From the NCBI GenBank assembly GCA_036867785.1, contig CP145421.1, forward strand, positions 558,001-622,000: 64,000 nt of DNA, in the 5' to 3' direction. Made by a program: the position numbers and the translations under genes. Positions 26,016 through 39,491 of the stretch are shown here, piece after piece (the stretch's first letter is position 1; every line of letters begins with the position of its first letter). The stretch comes from Plasmodiophora brassicae. Its lineage: Eukaryota. Below the pieces are notes generated by a model that saw only the letters and a program-made list of their open reading frames with translations, did no database searches and had not been told where the DNA came from.

Positions 26016-27474
26016 TTATACACGTGCTCCCCGTAATACGTCAGCAGGTATGGAAGTGCTGATCATAGCCGGATCTTGAGGTTTCGGCGCCTCTTTGAAC
26101 CAGTCGTGTTCCAGGGCCTCTTTGGCAGATATTCGCTGGTCAGGATCCAATGCCAGCAGCCGCTGCAGCAAGTCAAGGCCTTTCCCGGTTAGGTATGAGG
26201 CGCTGGTGACGGATCTTCGTGGGAGCAATTCGGAAAGACGCCCTCGACATGGCTTCCAGGTCCAGTTCTGGGCGTGAGGCAGTTTCGAATACGCAGGCCA
26301 GTTCGACTCGGTGGGCGAACCCACCAAGGAGAAGATTTTGTGCAGCTGGTCAAGCTCGCCACGCGCGCCTTCGAACAACGGCGTCTTCGTCAATAGCTCA
26401 GCGAATATGCAACCGACACTCCACATGTCGACCGCGGTACTGTACATGGGGGAACCCAGTAGAAGCTCAGGAGAGCGGTACCAAAGCGTGACGACAAGGG
26501 GCGAGTAAGGCTTGAGCGGATCACCGAATCTCCTCGCCAAGCCGAGATCGCAAATCTTGAGAACGCCATGATGATCAAGCAGCAGATTGGATGTCTTCAG
26601 ATCCCGGTGGATAATCCAGTGCGAATGGAGGTAGGCGACGCCACGAAGCAGTTGCTGAAGCAGACACTTGACCTCGCTTTGCGAGAACGGCTCCTTCTTC
26701 GCCTTGATAAGCGACTTGACTTCATAGGTCATGTACTCCATGACCATAAAAACCGATCCGGGATGCTTTCCAACGACAATCTCCCGAAGAGACACCAAAT
26801 TCGAATGGTTTAAGGACATCAGAATGTTGATTTCTCGGAGAGACGTTACTGGAAACCCGGCCCCAGAAGTGTCCATTTTGATCTTCTTCAAAGCAACCAC
26901 TAGGCATGATATGAATACGTGCGGCGTATCGGTAATAACGGCGATAGTATACCTTCGCCTGTCGCGCGATCTATGGCCTCATGGACAACGCCGTATGCTC
27001 CTTCACTGATGGTTCGGACGCGTTCAAATTCATCCACGCTCCGGCAACCAATCTTGGCCACACTGGCAACTGTCGAGGTATACGGTTTCACCGGTTTGGC
27101 ACGCTTCGATGCCAGCGCGGCATCGTCCTCCTCCTCGGCGAGCCTCTTTCGAGGAGATGACGGTGGAGTTGGCAACCTGACCTACGAAACAATTCAGTCA
27201 CGGTTCGCAGAAGCAAGGAACCCCATCCAACCTGATAGTCATTCAGCTCGATCTCGTGTTCATCTCGACTGGCAGGCGTTGGCGCCTCCGACGGCGGCGC
27301 CGCAGCGGCAGCCGCCTTCATCGCCAGCCCTTCCCGAACCGCATCGCGAAGCCACTGTGGCTGTCCCTGCGGCACAGACGCCTGCGGCCTGTCATGGCGA
27401 TCATCATCTACGTTCGGCGACCGCTGCTGCCTCGCTGTATCTGACGCGACGTGCCGTCGTCGCCGATTCTCCAT
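26016..27474 (-). CDS. Cyclin-dependent kinase CDK11/CDK10 (PITSLRE) family
   Basis: [68 protein letters not shown]. Introns near 27230-27177 and 26953-26901. Confidence 0.92.
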
Positions 27475-27629
27475 CGACGCGCAGTCACGGGGCAGTTCGC
27501 AGTTTGTCGCGACGGTGATCTGTAGTCGGTACCAACCTACGCACAGAACCGCGAGACTGCAGATTTGGACAGGAACAAACACACACGCATCCGAGAGATG
27601 TACCAAACGGGGGGGCTGACACAAGATGA

Positions 27630-28943
27630 TCAGGCAGCGGCTGCGTTGTCGTCCGCTTCGACGCCATCAGACACGGGAAGCGATTCTTCGGCGTTCGCGA
27701 TCATCGTCAGCAGGGCGCGTTCCTGTCGCAGAAGCTCGGCGTATACGGATGACTGTAGGGCGATCAGGTCACGGCGTTCATGGGCGAACATCCGCTCAAC
27801 CAGGCGCATGGTCAATGTCAGCTCTTCCAGTTGCCGTTTCAGGTCGTCCAGCTGCCTGTTCTGCACAAATTCCTTCCACAGCCCGGGCCCGTACGCGCTG
27901 TTCTCGTCTTCTGGATCATCGGGGGTGGATAGGCTTGTGATGCTTGATTCCGACTCTGACACAGAACTGGAAGATTCGTTATCCGCCTGCTCCCCTTCAC
28001 TTCCGACGCCCACTTCCCGTTCCTGTTCCTGCATGACGTCCCTCAAAGCGTCCAGCAAGTTGGAAATCATGTCGTACGCGCTACCGGGGCCATGGTCACC
28101 AAACAGGCTTGCCGTCGTGGGAATTCCATCCGGACTTGGCGTCGAAGAGCCGTCTCGTAGCACGGCGCTACCCTCATCACCGTTCTTCTCAGCGAAAGGA
28201 AGGATTTCGACTGAACCAACTCGTGGCAAGGAACCGTCTGCAAGACGGTTGTTCGCAGTCACGTGGCTGATGATATTGACGGGCTCAGCCTCAACAACTG
28301 CATCCACCGGTTCCAGGATCAGATCATCGTTATCATTCTGTTCAGAGTCGAGCCTGCTGATGGCAACGTCTTCGGCATCATCGCTGGTGACTTGCCTTTC
28401 CGGCTCCATGTCGTCGGTTAGGCCGGATTCGGAGTTGTTCTCTGACAGTTCCCCATGGTCGAGTTCGTCGCCATCAGATGCGCCTTTCTGCGACGCATCG
28501 GAGTTGGTCTCTGACAGTTCCCCATCGTCGAGCTCGTCGCCATCAGATGCGCCTTTCTGCGATGCATCTTCATCCGGGAAGAGACGCTGCAGGTTATAAC
28601 CGGAGTCTCCGCCGTCCTCGAGACGCTTCTCCAGCAGCGCAATCTGATCCTCGAGCGAGGCGATGGTTTTGTCCTCGTCACGTTTCTGCTGTTCATATGA
28701 TTCTTTCGCCTTGTTCAACGCTGTACGTGCACGCTTCTTCTGCCTCGGGGTGGTCTTCAACATATACGAAGCTTGGAATGTGGCGACCCGTTCCTGGTTA
28801 GCTGCCTCGCGAGCAACGGCATTGGCGAGCACGGCTTCCAGCTCGCTGCGCAGCTGGCGAAGCTGGTCATCGGTATCATCCCCTGCGGCGGTTAACCCCA
28901 CAACCAGGAACAAGGTCACCACGGCGATGCGAACCGATAGCAT
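27630..28943 (-). CDS. Putative secreted protein: signal peptide, coiled coils, acidic low-complexity centre; intronless
   Basis: MLSVRIAVVTLFLVVGLTAAG looks like a signal peptide. It is followed by coiled-coil and D/E/S-rich segments in a single ORF. Confidence 0.7.
   Translation of the reverse strand: MLSVRIAVVTLFLVVGLTAAGDDTDDQLRQLRSELEAVLANAVAREAANQERVATFQASYMLKTTPRQKKRARTALNKAKESYEQQKRDEDKTIASLEDQIALLEKRLEDGGDSGYNLQRLFPDEDASQKGASDGDELDDGELSETNSDASQKGASDGDELDHGELSENNSESGLTDDMEPERQVTSDDAEDVAISRLDSEQNDNDDLILEPVDAVVEAEPVNIISHVTANNRLADGSLPRVGSVEILPFAEKNGDEGSAVLRDGSSTPSPDGIPTTASLFGDHGPGSAYDMISNLLDALRDVMQEQEREVGVGSEGEQADNESSSSVSESESSITSLSTPDDPEDENSAYGPGLWKEFVQNRQLDDLKRQLEELTLTMRLVERMFAHERRDLIALQSSVYAELLRQERALLTMIANAEESLPVSDGVEADDNAAAA
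28431..28568 (-). repeat. Two tandem 69-bp coding repeats (23 aa)
   Basis: DASQKGASDGDELDDGELSETNS / DASQKGASDGDELDHGELSENNS; the two units are near-identical at DNA level. Confidence 0.9.
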
Positions 28944-29218
28944 CTTGCGGAGGCAACCCAATAAATGATCGAATGCGACGTCCACCCCCCGGCCTTGTAG
29001 TGTGAGGAGGGCGCAGTCGCCGGACGTGACATGGTATGCACACGGACCCGGGGTCCAAGAATAGGCCTCTCCTCGGCGCCCCACGCACTGCGAAACGCGT
29101 TGCCATCATCGAAGCCCGAGAGCCCCTGGCAGTGTGCCCAAGCCGGAGACACAAAACGTACATAACAAGCCCTCCAGCGTCGACGAAAACAACGTCGAGC
29201 GCGTCACTCGCGCGTGTA

Positions 29219-32037
29219 TTAGGATTCAACAAGTCGCGATGTAGAGCTGGACGGCTGCATGACGAAATTCACGTATCGGTTGGGGTCCACATAGGTTTCG
29301 GCAACGGGCCCTCGTCGACTCAGGATGCGGACCACTCGCTCGTTCTTGAAGACGAAGTCTTGGACGTCGTCCTGCGCCGTTATGCTGGCGGGAACCTGCA
29401 AGGCGACGTCGCTCAGTGACTGCCCAGATGAGAAGGCCGGACGGCATACCTGAAGTGTTACCACATGTCGCCCGTTCACCTGGACGTTGATACGCTTGCA
29501 TGCACGCTCCTTACGAACGGTGGTTGGCTTCGGCCAAGGTTGTTCATGGACGTCTCCTGTCACCTCAAAGTCCTCAACAGATCCGAGTATCGACCATAGT
29601 CCGGTGGCCAGATGCGGCGCGAACGGCGACAGCATCACAACCAACGAGCGCAATGCATCAACGGTGGTGCCAGTGTCGACTTTGCCCATGGCGGAGCTAA
29701 TCGTGTTGCTCAGCTTCATGAGCTCGGCGATGGCAACGTTGAAGCAGTAACGACGAGACATGACATCAGTGACCGTCTTGATCGTATCGTCGACAGCATT
29801 GATTAGTTTGCCCCGCAATATGTGGTCCCCGTCAACCTCGTCGTCGCCCTCCCATCGCGCGTTAACGTCATCGACAAACGAGTCGACCATCGTCCACAGG
29901 CGGTTCACCCATCGAGTCTGACCGACGATGGCGTCCTCGTTCCAGTCCAGGACTTGCGACGGTGGCGCCTAAGAGACAGATGGATCAGCGAGAACGTCGG
30001 TGCATTGAAGCGCAACCGGGACCTTGAACAAGATGAACAGCCTGGTCACATCGGCACCATACTCTTCCAGCACAGTCGATGGGGAAACGCCGTTGTACTT
30101 GGACTTGCTCATCTTAGCGTACACTGAGCTGAGCCGGTGACCAGACTTCTTGTGCACGGCGATCCCGTCGCTCTTAACAGATACATCGTCGCTGCGAACG
30201 TATTCGCCCGTCGATTCGTCGACATATGTGATACCATGCACCATGCCTTGAGTGATCAACTTCGTGAACGGTTCAGGTTCGGCGACCAACTTCTCTTCGT
30301 ACAGGAAACGATTGATGAACCGGGAGTAGAGCAGATGGAGAATCGCGTGCTCGATGCCGCCGACGTAGACGTCAACAGGTTTCGCTTTCGCAGGCATTGC
30401 GCCCGATTCGTCATGAGGCGACTGGAAACGCAGATAGTACCAGGAAGAGTCAATGAATGTGTCAAGCGTGTCCGTTTCACGTCGAGCCGAGGTACAACCA
30501 CAAGAAGGGCATGCAGTTGACACCCAAGACGGTACATCAGCAAGCGAACGAACTGTCTGGTTCAATAAAGAGGCGTGTGGCAGTTCCACAGGAAGCTGGT
30601 CATCGGGAACGGAAACAGGGCCGCATGATGGGCAGTGGACAATCGGAATCGGCTGTCGAGACATTCAACATCAACGATGGGCGAAGAAGCGCGGGTTCCA
30701 ACACGCTGACGTACAGTTCCCCACACGCGTTGCCGCGAGACGAGCCAGTCACGAAGCCTGAACTGGACAGTGGACGAAGCAAACGGCATCGTACTGACGA
30801 CGGCTGCAGCCGCTTCGGGTGTGAGCCCATTGAGCTCGTGGCCACTGTTGGTCAGGACGCCGTTGTCGTCGATCACATTGACGACAGGCAGCTCATGCTT
30901 GGTGGCAAACGCCTCGTCGCGCTCATCGTGACCGGGAACGCCCATGACGACTCCAGTCCCATAGTCGCGTACAACGTAATCAGCCACGAATACCGGCAGT
31001 TGGTGCCCGGTTATGGGATGCTGTGCGAATACTCCTTCTAGACGGATGTCTCCTTCAGGGGGAATGTTCGCGGATACGTTCAGTCGCTGAAGGACAGGTG
31101 CAGTGCGAGCTATTGCGATGAAGGTAACGCCCATCAGGGTCTCAGGCCTCGTGGTGAAGGCCGAGACTTCCATAGACAGGTCGCCTCGAGCTCGTAACTC
31201 GAACGTAATGTTCGCGCCGGCCGACCGGCCGATCCAAGCCCGCTGCATTTTCTTGACCTCGTCAGGCCACTCGCCAAGCAGGTCTAGACCAGCGAGGAGC
31301 GCAGGAGCCATACGACGAATCGCGAAGAACCACTGCCTCAGACGTCGTTGCTCGACAATAGCACCCGACCTCCACGATCGACCGTTTGAATCAACTTGTT
31401 CGTTGGCAAGAACCTATGGTAAACAGTGTTAGTGTTCCGATGGGAACAAAGGTCAGCAGCGCCCTTACGGTTCGGTCGACTGGATCCCAGTTCACATTCG
31501 CTTCAGCCTGGTACGCGAATCCTGCTTTGAACAGGCGAGTGAAGATCCACTGTGTCCACCGGTAATACGATGGGTCGCAGGTCGCGAACTCCCGATCATA
31601 GTCGAAGGATATACCAAGCGCCATCAGTTCCTTCCGCATCTCCTCAACATTCGAACGGGTCCAGGTCTCCGCGTTGATGCCTCGTTCGACGGCCGCGTTC
31701 TCAGCCGGAAGCCCAAACGCATCCCAACCGATCGGGTGCAGGACTGCCTCGCCCATCATACGACGTGCTCGAGCGATGCAGTCGCTGATCGTGTACACGC
31801 GCACGTGTCCCATGTGAAGCGACCCGCTCTGCACGCGCCGGTCAGCAATACGACCTGAAGGAGGTGTGCCACAGGCCGTACAGGGTACGGGAACATGGGC
31901 AACACGTAAAACGAGTGCGGCTGGGTGCCCTTGTCGGCACCCGTCTTTGTCGTTGCCCATAGATTACGCGCGTTCCGCTCTACAGTCACATGGCAGTACG
32001 TCGACGCGTGCCGACGCAGCGGAAGCGTAAACCGCAT
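29219..32037 (-). CDS. LARS2: Leucyl-tRNA synthetase, bacterial/mitochondrial type, multi-exon
   Basis: [27 protein letters not shown], editing-domain FTTRPETL and [35 protein letters not shown]. The N-terminus is Arg-rich like a presequence ([13 protein letters not shown]). Confidence 0.95.
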
Positions 32038-32169
32038 TGAGCAGTTTTGGCGGACCCCGCGCGAGGCACAGCTGCTGTATCACCTTCAGGCAGATCAGAT
32101 AGGCGAACCCGACTCCTCGCCTGCCTGGAGTAAAGCTAGTAGTGCAATATATTTTACATGGGACGATGA

Positions 32170-33747
32170 TCACATGCGCCATCTTGACGAGACACGACTG
32201 GCAAGGTCGCGGATCAGGTCGTTCACGTCGAACCCGGCTTGCTCGACGGACGCAAGGACACCATTGATCTGCTGGGTGCTTGCTTCTGCCGATTGCTTGC
32301 CGGCGCACAGGAGCAGGGCCTGATACGTCTCCCGAGTCGGCCGCAGATGGCGGGTGTGCATCACCTGCAGGATCCCAAGAGCGTCACTGAGGTCGTAGAC
32401 AGGGCTAGCAGACGATGTCTCAGCGAATTGATTGACGCTCTGATATCGTGGCGTTACCTGTTGTAGAAGGAGAACAGGATAACATTGAAGGACGCGGTTG
32501 TAGGCCGAACGCCCCACTTCTCCTCCATCTCGTGAAGCAGGTCGATGGCGTCATGAACCTCCGGATCCACTTTGGAGCACAAGGCGCGCAGCAAGACGAG
32601 CTGGGTCTCCACAGTTGGGAGGGCACCGCGCGACAGCATGTACTGGACCAGACGATCCACGACGGACCGATTGCACGTGTTGCCACAAATCCACATAACC
32701 GCATGCATTGACGGGTAGTCAATCTTGCCATCAACCGTTAGTGATTGATCCGGTGCCCATCTCGTTTCCTTAAGGGCAGCGAACGCGGTGGACGGGTCGT
32801 CATACGCAGCAGCGTGCTCGAATATAGGTATAAGATCGTGGGTCTCGAGCGTAATGCCCTAGGTAATGGTCATATATACAGCTACGCGTGATGCAAGCAG
32901 ACGCATACCCTGTCCCTCAAAGCATCGATGAACTGGAAAACAAGATGGGAATGCAACGTGGAGCAGCATGCATCGATGACAGCAGCATAGGCACCCGACG
33001 GGATAACATCGACAGCACTTTTAGACAGCAACTCGGACAGAGCTGTCTGGACACCAAGCGCGTCATCCCGGTCCAGGGCATCCGCTAGGTCACTCTGCAC
33101 CTCGCGAATCCCCTCATCCGACGACGGTTCAAACGTCCACACCGCCTGATCCGCTTCCTTGGCCTCTTCCTCTTCCTTGGTCTCCACGGCAGGCGCCCTC
33201 TGGCTGGGCCCATAGAGTACATCGCCAATGTCAAGCGATTCATGGACATATTCCGGCGAGATCGTGAGGCGCCCGCTGTGCCACTTCACCGGCAGGAGCG
33301 AGTGACGCTCAACTTCTTCGTGGTCCGATTCCTCATCGTCTTCGTCGTCCGATTCGCTCCCACTATCGTCGCCGCTTTCGTAGTCGCTTTCGCTATCGTC
33401 CATATTTACGACCATCTGCTCATGGGCGATTTCGTCCGCCTCTTCCAGGGCTCTAAGCACCCGGAACCCCAGATCAACGGATTCCGTTGTGTCCGGTGCC
33501 GACCGGAACGACTTCCTGGCAAGGTCGGTTGCAGTCTGGTTTGAAAGGAAGAACTCGATACCGGTCAGCTTCCTGTTCCGCGACACGCGTTAGTACCGGG
33601 GTCGCTACGACCACCTGGGCAGACATCGTACATCAGCTTCGGACAGTTCAAGATCGGATGAATGGAGCGAGGCCTCGGCTGCACGTCGAATCGTTGGCAT
33701 GAGCGCAGCACGGCCCGGTAGAGGCGTGGGACGACGCCCCACGCCAT
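32170..33747 (-). CDS. Pentatricopeptide-repeat (PPR) protein, probably mitochondrial
   Basis: PPR-like motifs (AYAAVIDACC, LVQYMLSRGALPTVETQLVLLRALC, LLHEMEEKWGVRPTTASFNVIL, MHTRHLRPTRETYQALL). The N-terminus is basic and presequence-like (MAWGVVPRLYRAVLRSCQRF). About 3 introns. Confidence 0.75.
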
Positions 33748-34128
33748 CAGTCTGGCTGCAACGCGGCCGACGGGGTTTGCGGTCCGTATAGCCTCCCCAG
33801 TCCTGCGCTGCACTGCGTCCGCTGCCCGCTGGACTTTCGAACGAACCGCCTGCCACCGACTTCTACAGTGTCACTGCTTCCCCGACCGACAGTCAAACGG
33901 GTTGGAACGCCAAAATCTCAGTTTTCAATTATAAACGTTGATCTGGATATTGCTTGGCGCAGGTGCATTTGATCAGGAAACCCGTGATGATTTTAACTAG
34001 AACGTCCAGCTGCCGTAAATGGACAGCCACATGAGTGTACCGGCACTGTGGCGGCCGAGATGCTGTTCGATAAATTGTAGGTCTTCCGTAGGAGCTCCAA
34101 ATGTGGTTGCTTCGAACCTGATACACGG

Positions 34129-36968
34129 TTACATCCAAGCAGGCAGAACGTCGGGCACTGACCTTAGGCGGATGCGAGCTCCTAGCGGGATTGATAGCAG
34201 CAATCGGAACGGACGACCATCGCCAGCAACCGTCCTAACGAAATAGGAGCTGCGTTGATCGGAACCGCGTTCGACAGTTTGGGTCGCTGGCAGATCAATA
34301 GGCAATCCATCCAATGCGACGGATTCGATTGAAGAGTCGCTGGAAATGTTGAACGTACCGTACAACGCACCAGCTGGGTCGACGGTCAGCTCGAGGACAC
34401 GACGCGATCGGGAATGAGAGTCTCGCGAAAGTTTTACACTTGGCTGGATAGCCGGACGATACGAACGGGGGGAATCCAGGGCAGATGCGCTGGCAATGGC
34501 GGTGACCGCAAGCGGGTACAATGCCTGAAATTCGGTGGGATCAATGTGAGCAACAGGCTTTAACCGGCGAAGCAGCGGATCATCCTTGTTGTTGTTCACG
34601 ATGCTAGCCCAGAATCGTTGAACTGGAATCTGATCCAAGGAGATAACGTAAATTCTGTTGGAGAAACCGTGATCAAGGTCGATCGACTGCTGAACGAGGA
34701 TCCGTTTTGGACTTGATTCAGGCAGGTACACGGGGAGAAGTAACTGACAAACAATTGCTGTCAAGGCTAGAACAGTTACCACCGCGCGCCACACGCTTCT
34801 CAATCCGCCACGGGCAAGGAGTAGAGGCCAAGCGCAAGAGGTCAGAAGACAGGTGAAAACAGAGATCAGCACAGCAATGACCAGGTCTGCCGGCAGATTC
34901 CCGATACGGTTCATTGTGGGTAAGAAAAACGTGAGCGTCGAATGAGCCGTCTGGGACAATGTGCAAATCGGGATGAGAAGTGGCCCGAACCTCGCAAATG
35001 AGGAAAGCACTACGTTGTGGAATGGCTTCGCAACAGAGACCAATTTTCGCGAGCAATACAATCCAATGACGAAGAGAAGCGGCAGATAGGCAGAGCCGAG
35101 TCGCCAATAGGATGCCGTTAGCAATAGAATAAGCCAGCATCCCAGGATTCCGTGATGCAGATTAGGAGAACGCGGGGAAACGCGCAGGACGGCGAGAATT
35201 CCGGCCAGTGACGCGGAGCTGAACAATAAAACAGCCGCCAGCGGGTACGAAAGCCTATCGTAAAATGTTCATCGTGCGCCTGACGAAATATAACCAGTCT
35301 TCTTCAAACCATGACAAGGGCGCTGACGCGACGTATGCGAGAATGAAGGCGACCATTCCGGCAGTCAACACGGCCGAACTGAAGATGATCGTTACTCCCA
35401 CGACGGACGAAACGACCTCTGCACATGCAATGGCGACAGACTTGCGCGACATGGCCCACCTCGCATAGTAAGCTAAGGTCCAGATGATTGCGATCCACTC
35501 GATCTGCATAGCGGTTCTTCCCGTTACACTGAAGAACGTTAGAAGTTCGGTTGGTCAGCAACCATTCGTTGTTACCAGATCATGTAACCGAAAGGCTTCA
35601 AAGTGAAATACACCGCAGGTTGCTTGATTTCGTCACCGTCCTCGTTGAGGTTCAAGAACAGCTGGGACTCCATAATGTGACGAATCGTAGAGAGGACGTT
35701 GTCCCCAGTATGCTGAAGGGACCCAGGAGTTATAGCATCTATTGTGTCGTGCTGCGAAAGGATAAGTTTGACTTCAAATGCTTTATACATGATAACCTGA
35801 CCTTGGTATGGTACAGCCAGCTGTTCTCGTAGTATAGCATGTCAAGGCCACCAATGTTTCCGTTCTCTGCATAAACGCGGAAATCGGTGTCGCTGGGGAC
35901 AACCCCTGAGCCAAAAAGGTCTTGGCCGACGACGTCAGCGTGTGGGTGAGGAGCAGCTGTCAGGTGCCCTTTTCAAATGCATATCATCAGTAATGGATCA
36001 GCAAACTAACCTTCAGCATAAGCCTTGGCAATCCAGTAATTGTTTGGCCCGGTTTGGATGAGACCTTCACGACCACCAACACCGCCGGCGTCGAGGTTGA
36101 TGAACCCGCGAATCGATTTCGCCCAAGGATGACAGCATATGAAGCTATGGCATGAATCAGCTCGCATGCACGGGCATGTGCGATCCGTTGCAGAGTCACC
36201 CGTGGGATGCCTGTAGGCCAAACTCTTCGCCACCATTAAACACAAATATGACGCTATGAGCGAGATCACCAGGTGCAACAGCAAGAGCTCGCATAACTTC
36301 GAGAAGGATGGCAACTGGTGCCCCAGCGTCGGAGGCGCCAACTACATCACATCGCATTCATGAGACATTGCAGTGGATATGGGCTTTTGTTGAGCAAACC
36401 GGTATGCGGGTAGGAATCCGTATGTGTCCCCAGCATCATGGCGTGCGTCTTCGATTCGGGGATGTCGTTCCTGCTCAGCCTAACAACAACTACGTATTGT
36501 CAACTTGAAATGAGCAGCCGCATCCGACAACGCTGTCGCACAGTTCTTCACTCGAACGTATCCATTTGTCAAGTTCAGGAAGCCGCGATACTGCACATTG
36601 AACGACCCTGTGGTCTCTTGCAGGTCGTACTCAATGGCAATGTTCGGGTGGGCATCCAGAGCAATCTTGCGAACATGTTCGGTCAGGTAAGCAGGAGTTG
36701 CAATCGAATTCGCAGCCGACCCAACTGGATCAGGACGCTGTCATACCCGCACTAAAACAAACATAAACGAGGCGCACGTACTCGGTCGCGGGCCGATCTC
36801 ATCACAGAGAACACGAAGGTGCTGCAAAGCGCGCCCCTCGCTGAATACCGAAGGTGGCCCGTCCACTGGTACCACAACAGGTAACCGGTAGTGGAGCAGG
36901 AATTGAACAATCAGAACCGGCGCAATCATCAAGACACCAACAAGCAACTGCCCCCGCTGCTCATCCAC
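34129..36968 (-). CDS. ER metallopeptidase 1-like M28 peptidase, multi-pass membrane, multi-exon
   Basis: [54 protein letters not shown], a run of TM helices and PKRI in the C-terminal domain. Confidence 0.88.
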
Positions 36969-37357
36969 ATCGTGATCTGTCCTCGCATTTGCCGTCTAAT
37001 CCGACAGTCAACCGTTCGTTCAGGCAACCGACCCAAATGACGTAGTAACCGTGTCGCCCACAAGGCTTTCCTTCAACGCAGGTGCCTTCACACGGTCGGC
37101 ATACACCGCCCCGAGGCGGCGGCGGCTACGAAGGGCACCTCCTGCATCGAGTTCCATTTTGTGAGTTCCTTGTTTTGCCTGTTATCGTCATGGGTGGGTA
37201 CGGAAAGCGATAGCTCATAGCCATGCGCACCCCGCTTCACTGGCCACTACGGCAGAAATAGACCACCGGAAGCTCCGAGTCCGAGCCGGTTCGGTTGGCA
37301 GTTGAACTTGTTAGTGGACGACGCGCGCGACGGCCACCTTCACGGCTGCGGGGAGAC

Positions 37358-39299
37358 ATGCTGGCTGCAAAACTGGGGCAGCCGGTCCACAAATGCCAGC
37401 CGCCAGCGGATCACAGTCGCGTGGGCGTTGCCGATGACGTTGTCGGTGTCGTCGGGTTCGTGCGCTCCAAGGTCGTTGACGTGCTGGATGTGAGGCCCGC
37501 GCCTGTCTTTGTCATCGACGTGGCGTTCGACAGCTCGGCGTCCTGGCGCGTCCTTCGACAGCTGTCGGACTTCCAAGACGTCCACAGGCGGTGCCAGGAC
37601 GCGGTGGGCTCTGGCAAGTACTTGCCTCCGCCGCCGTTCGCCAGGCGTACCGGCGATTGCTTCTTCCTCTTCTGTCAGGGGCGTCGTTTACGCAGGCAGC
37701 GTCTGCGGCTCGAGGCGTATTTAAGGTTGATGTTGACCCTTCCGCACGAGGGCGCCCGGTTCCTATTCGCGTCGGCGTTGCTGACCCCAAGCGGAATGGC
37801 CAAAGTCACACAGGCTTGCGCCGACATGTCATCGCTGGGCCCGCCGCCCTACATCCTGGAATGGCGCGATGCCTCACGAGGATCGCTGCTCCACTATGCT
37901 TGCGCGAGTGGGCGCCTGTCGTCCGTCAGTCAACTGCTTAAGCTCGGCGCAGACAAGGATGCGGTGGACGACTTTGGATTGACAGCCCTGGACGTCGCCC
38001 GTGGCCTCAATCGCTTCGACGTGGTTGACCTGCTTGAACCGGGAACCGATAAGGTCCCTGGTGAAGACCGGCGTCCTGCTGCCACGGCACTACCGTCGAA
38101 GATGATCCCGCTGCATTACCGGATGGCGAGCTGGGAGCGCCGGGTCTGCGCGATTATGAACCCGTTGAGCGGGCGTGGCACTTGCATGCGGCAGTTCCAG
38201 CAGAACATCAGGCCATTGCTGGATTCCGCAGGGATTGACGTCCAAGTTTACGGTTAGTCTCTTCGTCAGGCTGCTGCGATGTCCTTTGTAGCTGACGGCG
38301 AGCGGCGATAGCGACAGAGCACAGCGGGCACGCTACTGAGGTGGCTCGTACTCTCGATGCCTCCGAGTTTGATACCATCCTCTGCATTGGCGGTGATGGC
38401 GTTGTCCACGGTATGCTATATTGTCACGTGCTATTCCAAACTGGCGATATTAATCATAACTATGACGCTTCAGAAGTTGTCCAAGGTCTTCTCGAGCGCC
38501 AAGACAAGGGGTTGCCGATCGCAGTCATACCGACGGGTTGCCCTCAGTGTTTACCATGTGGCTTCCCTGGGTGCTAACGTTGGCGTAGGGTCAGGAAATG
38601 GGTTCTGTGCGTCAGTTTTTGGTGCTCCTGTCAATGCTGCTCGTGCCGCTATTGCGTTCATTGACGGTACGTATCGGCCTATGGACCTGATTCGCGTGGA
38701 GCCAGAAGATAGCCGGGACAAGTCTGCCCGACTGCCGTACTCGTTCCTGCACGTATCCTGGGGCTTTGTCAGTGATATCGGTTTTGACGGCGAGCGCTAT
38801 CGCTGGTTGGGGAGGTCCGTCGAATGAGCTCTAGCACAGTGGCATTTGTTTAACTGGCAATGACCATAGGTTAAGGTATGCGTTCGCTGCCTTGATGAAG
38901 CTGTTCTCAAAGCAACCATACGATTGCGAGCTGGCCTACATGAAGGAGGACGGAACATGGTCCAATCAAATCCAGGGCCACCTGAATCTATTCACGGTGT
39001 CTAATGTCGCCTACTCGACGTCCAGCATGAAAATCGCCCCGGCTGCCCGTTTCGACGATGGCAAGCCCCACCTGACGTTCGCTCGCGGATTATCTCGAGC
39101 AGCCATGCTCAAACTGCTTGCCTGCGACATTGGACATGGCACGCATGTTCAACGTCAAGGCGTATTCAGCCTCCCCGTTCGGGAAGTTATTCTTCGCCCG
39201 AAAACGAGGACGGCTCAGCTCAACATTGACGGCGAGCGCTACCCGAGCTCATCTTGCAGAATCACCCGGGTTCCTCACATGGGAGCGATCATCGCGTGA
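37358..39299 (+). CDS. Sphingosine/ceramide kinase-like (DAGK catalytic domain) with N-terminal PX domain and ankyrin repeats
   Basis: PX-like WRVLRQLSDFQDVHRR...LPPPP...RLEAYL; ankyrin SLLHYACASG...DDFGLTALDVA; kinase motifs NPLSGRG, TEHSGHA, IGGDG, PTG|SGNG, ERYRWLG, NIDGE. Confidence 0.85.
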
Positions 39300-39491
39300 T
39301 GTTCGCCGACTTTCACTCTCTCCCCAGACTACTGAAATACAGAAATACATCAAACGGGGGTTCCTTTAAAACGATAACTGACCGTGTGCACAACTGTGCA
39401 CCTGACCGTCGCGTCCGGAAGGGGAAGCACCCTTGTCATTCGGGTTGCCGCCGACTTGCAGTCCCGGACTGCGTGCTTTGGAGGTGCCGCT

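Noticed and set aside
37075-37245. Stem aggtgccttc/gaagggcacct followed by a U-rich Sm-like stretch
   Set aside because: No diagnostic snRNA, SRP or SECIS motif was found, so it is insufficient to call an ncRNA.
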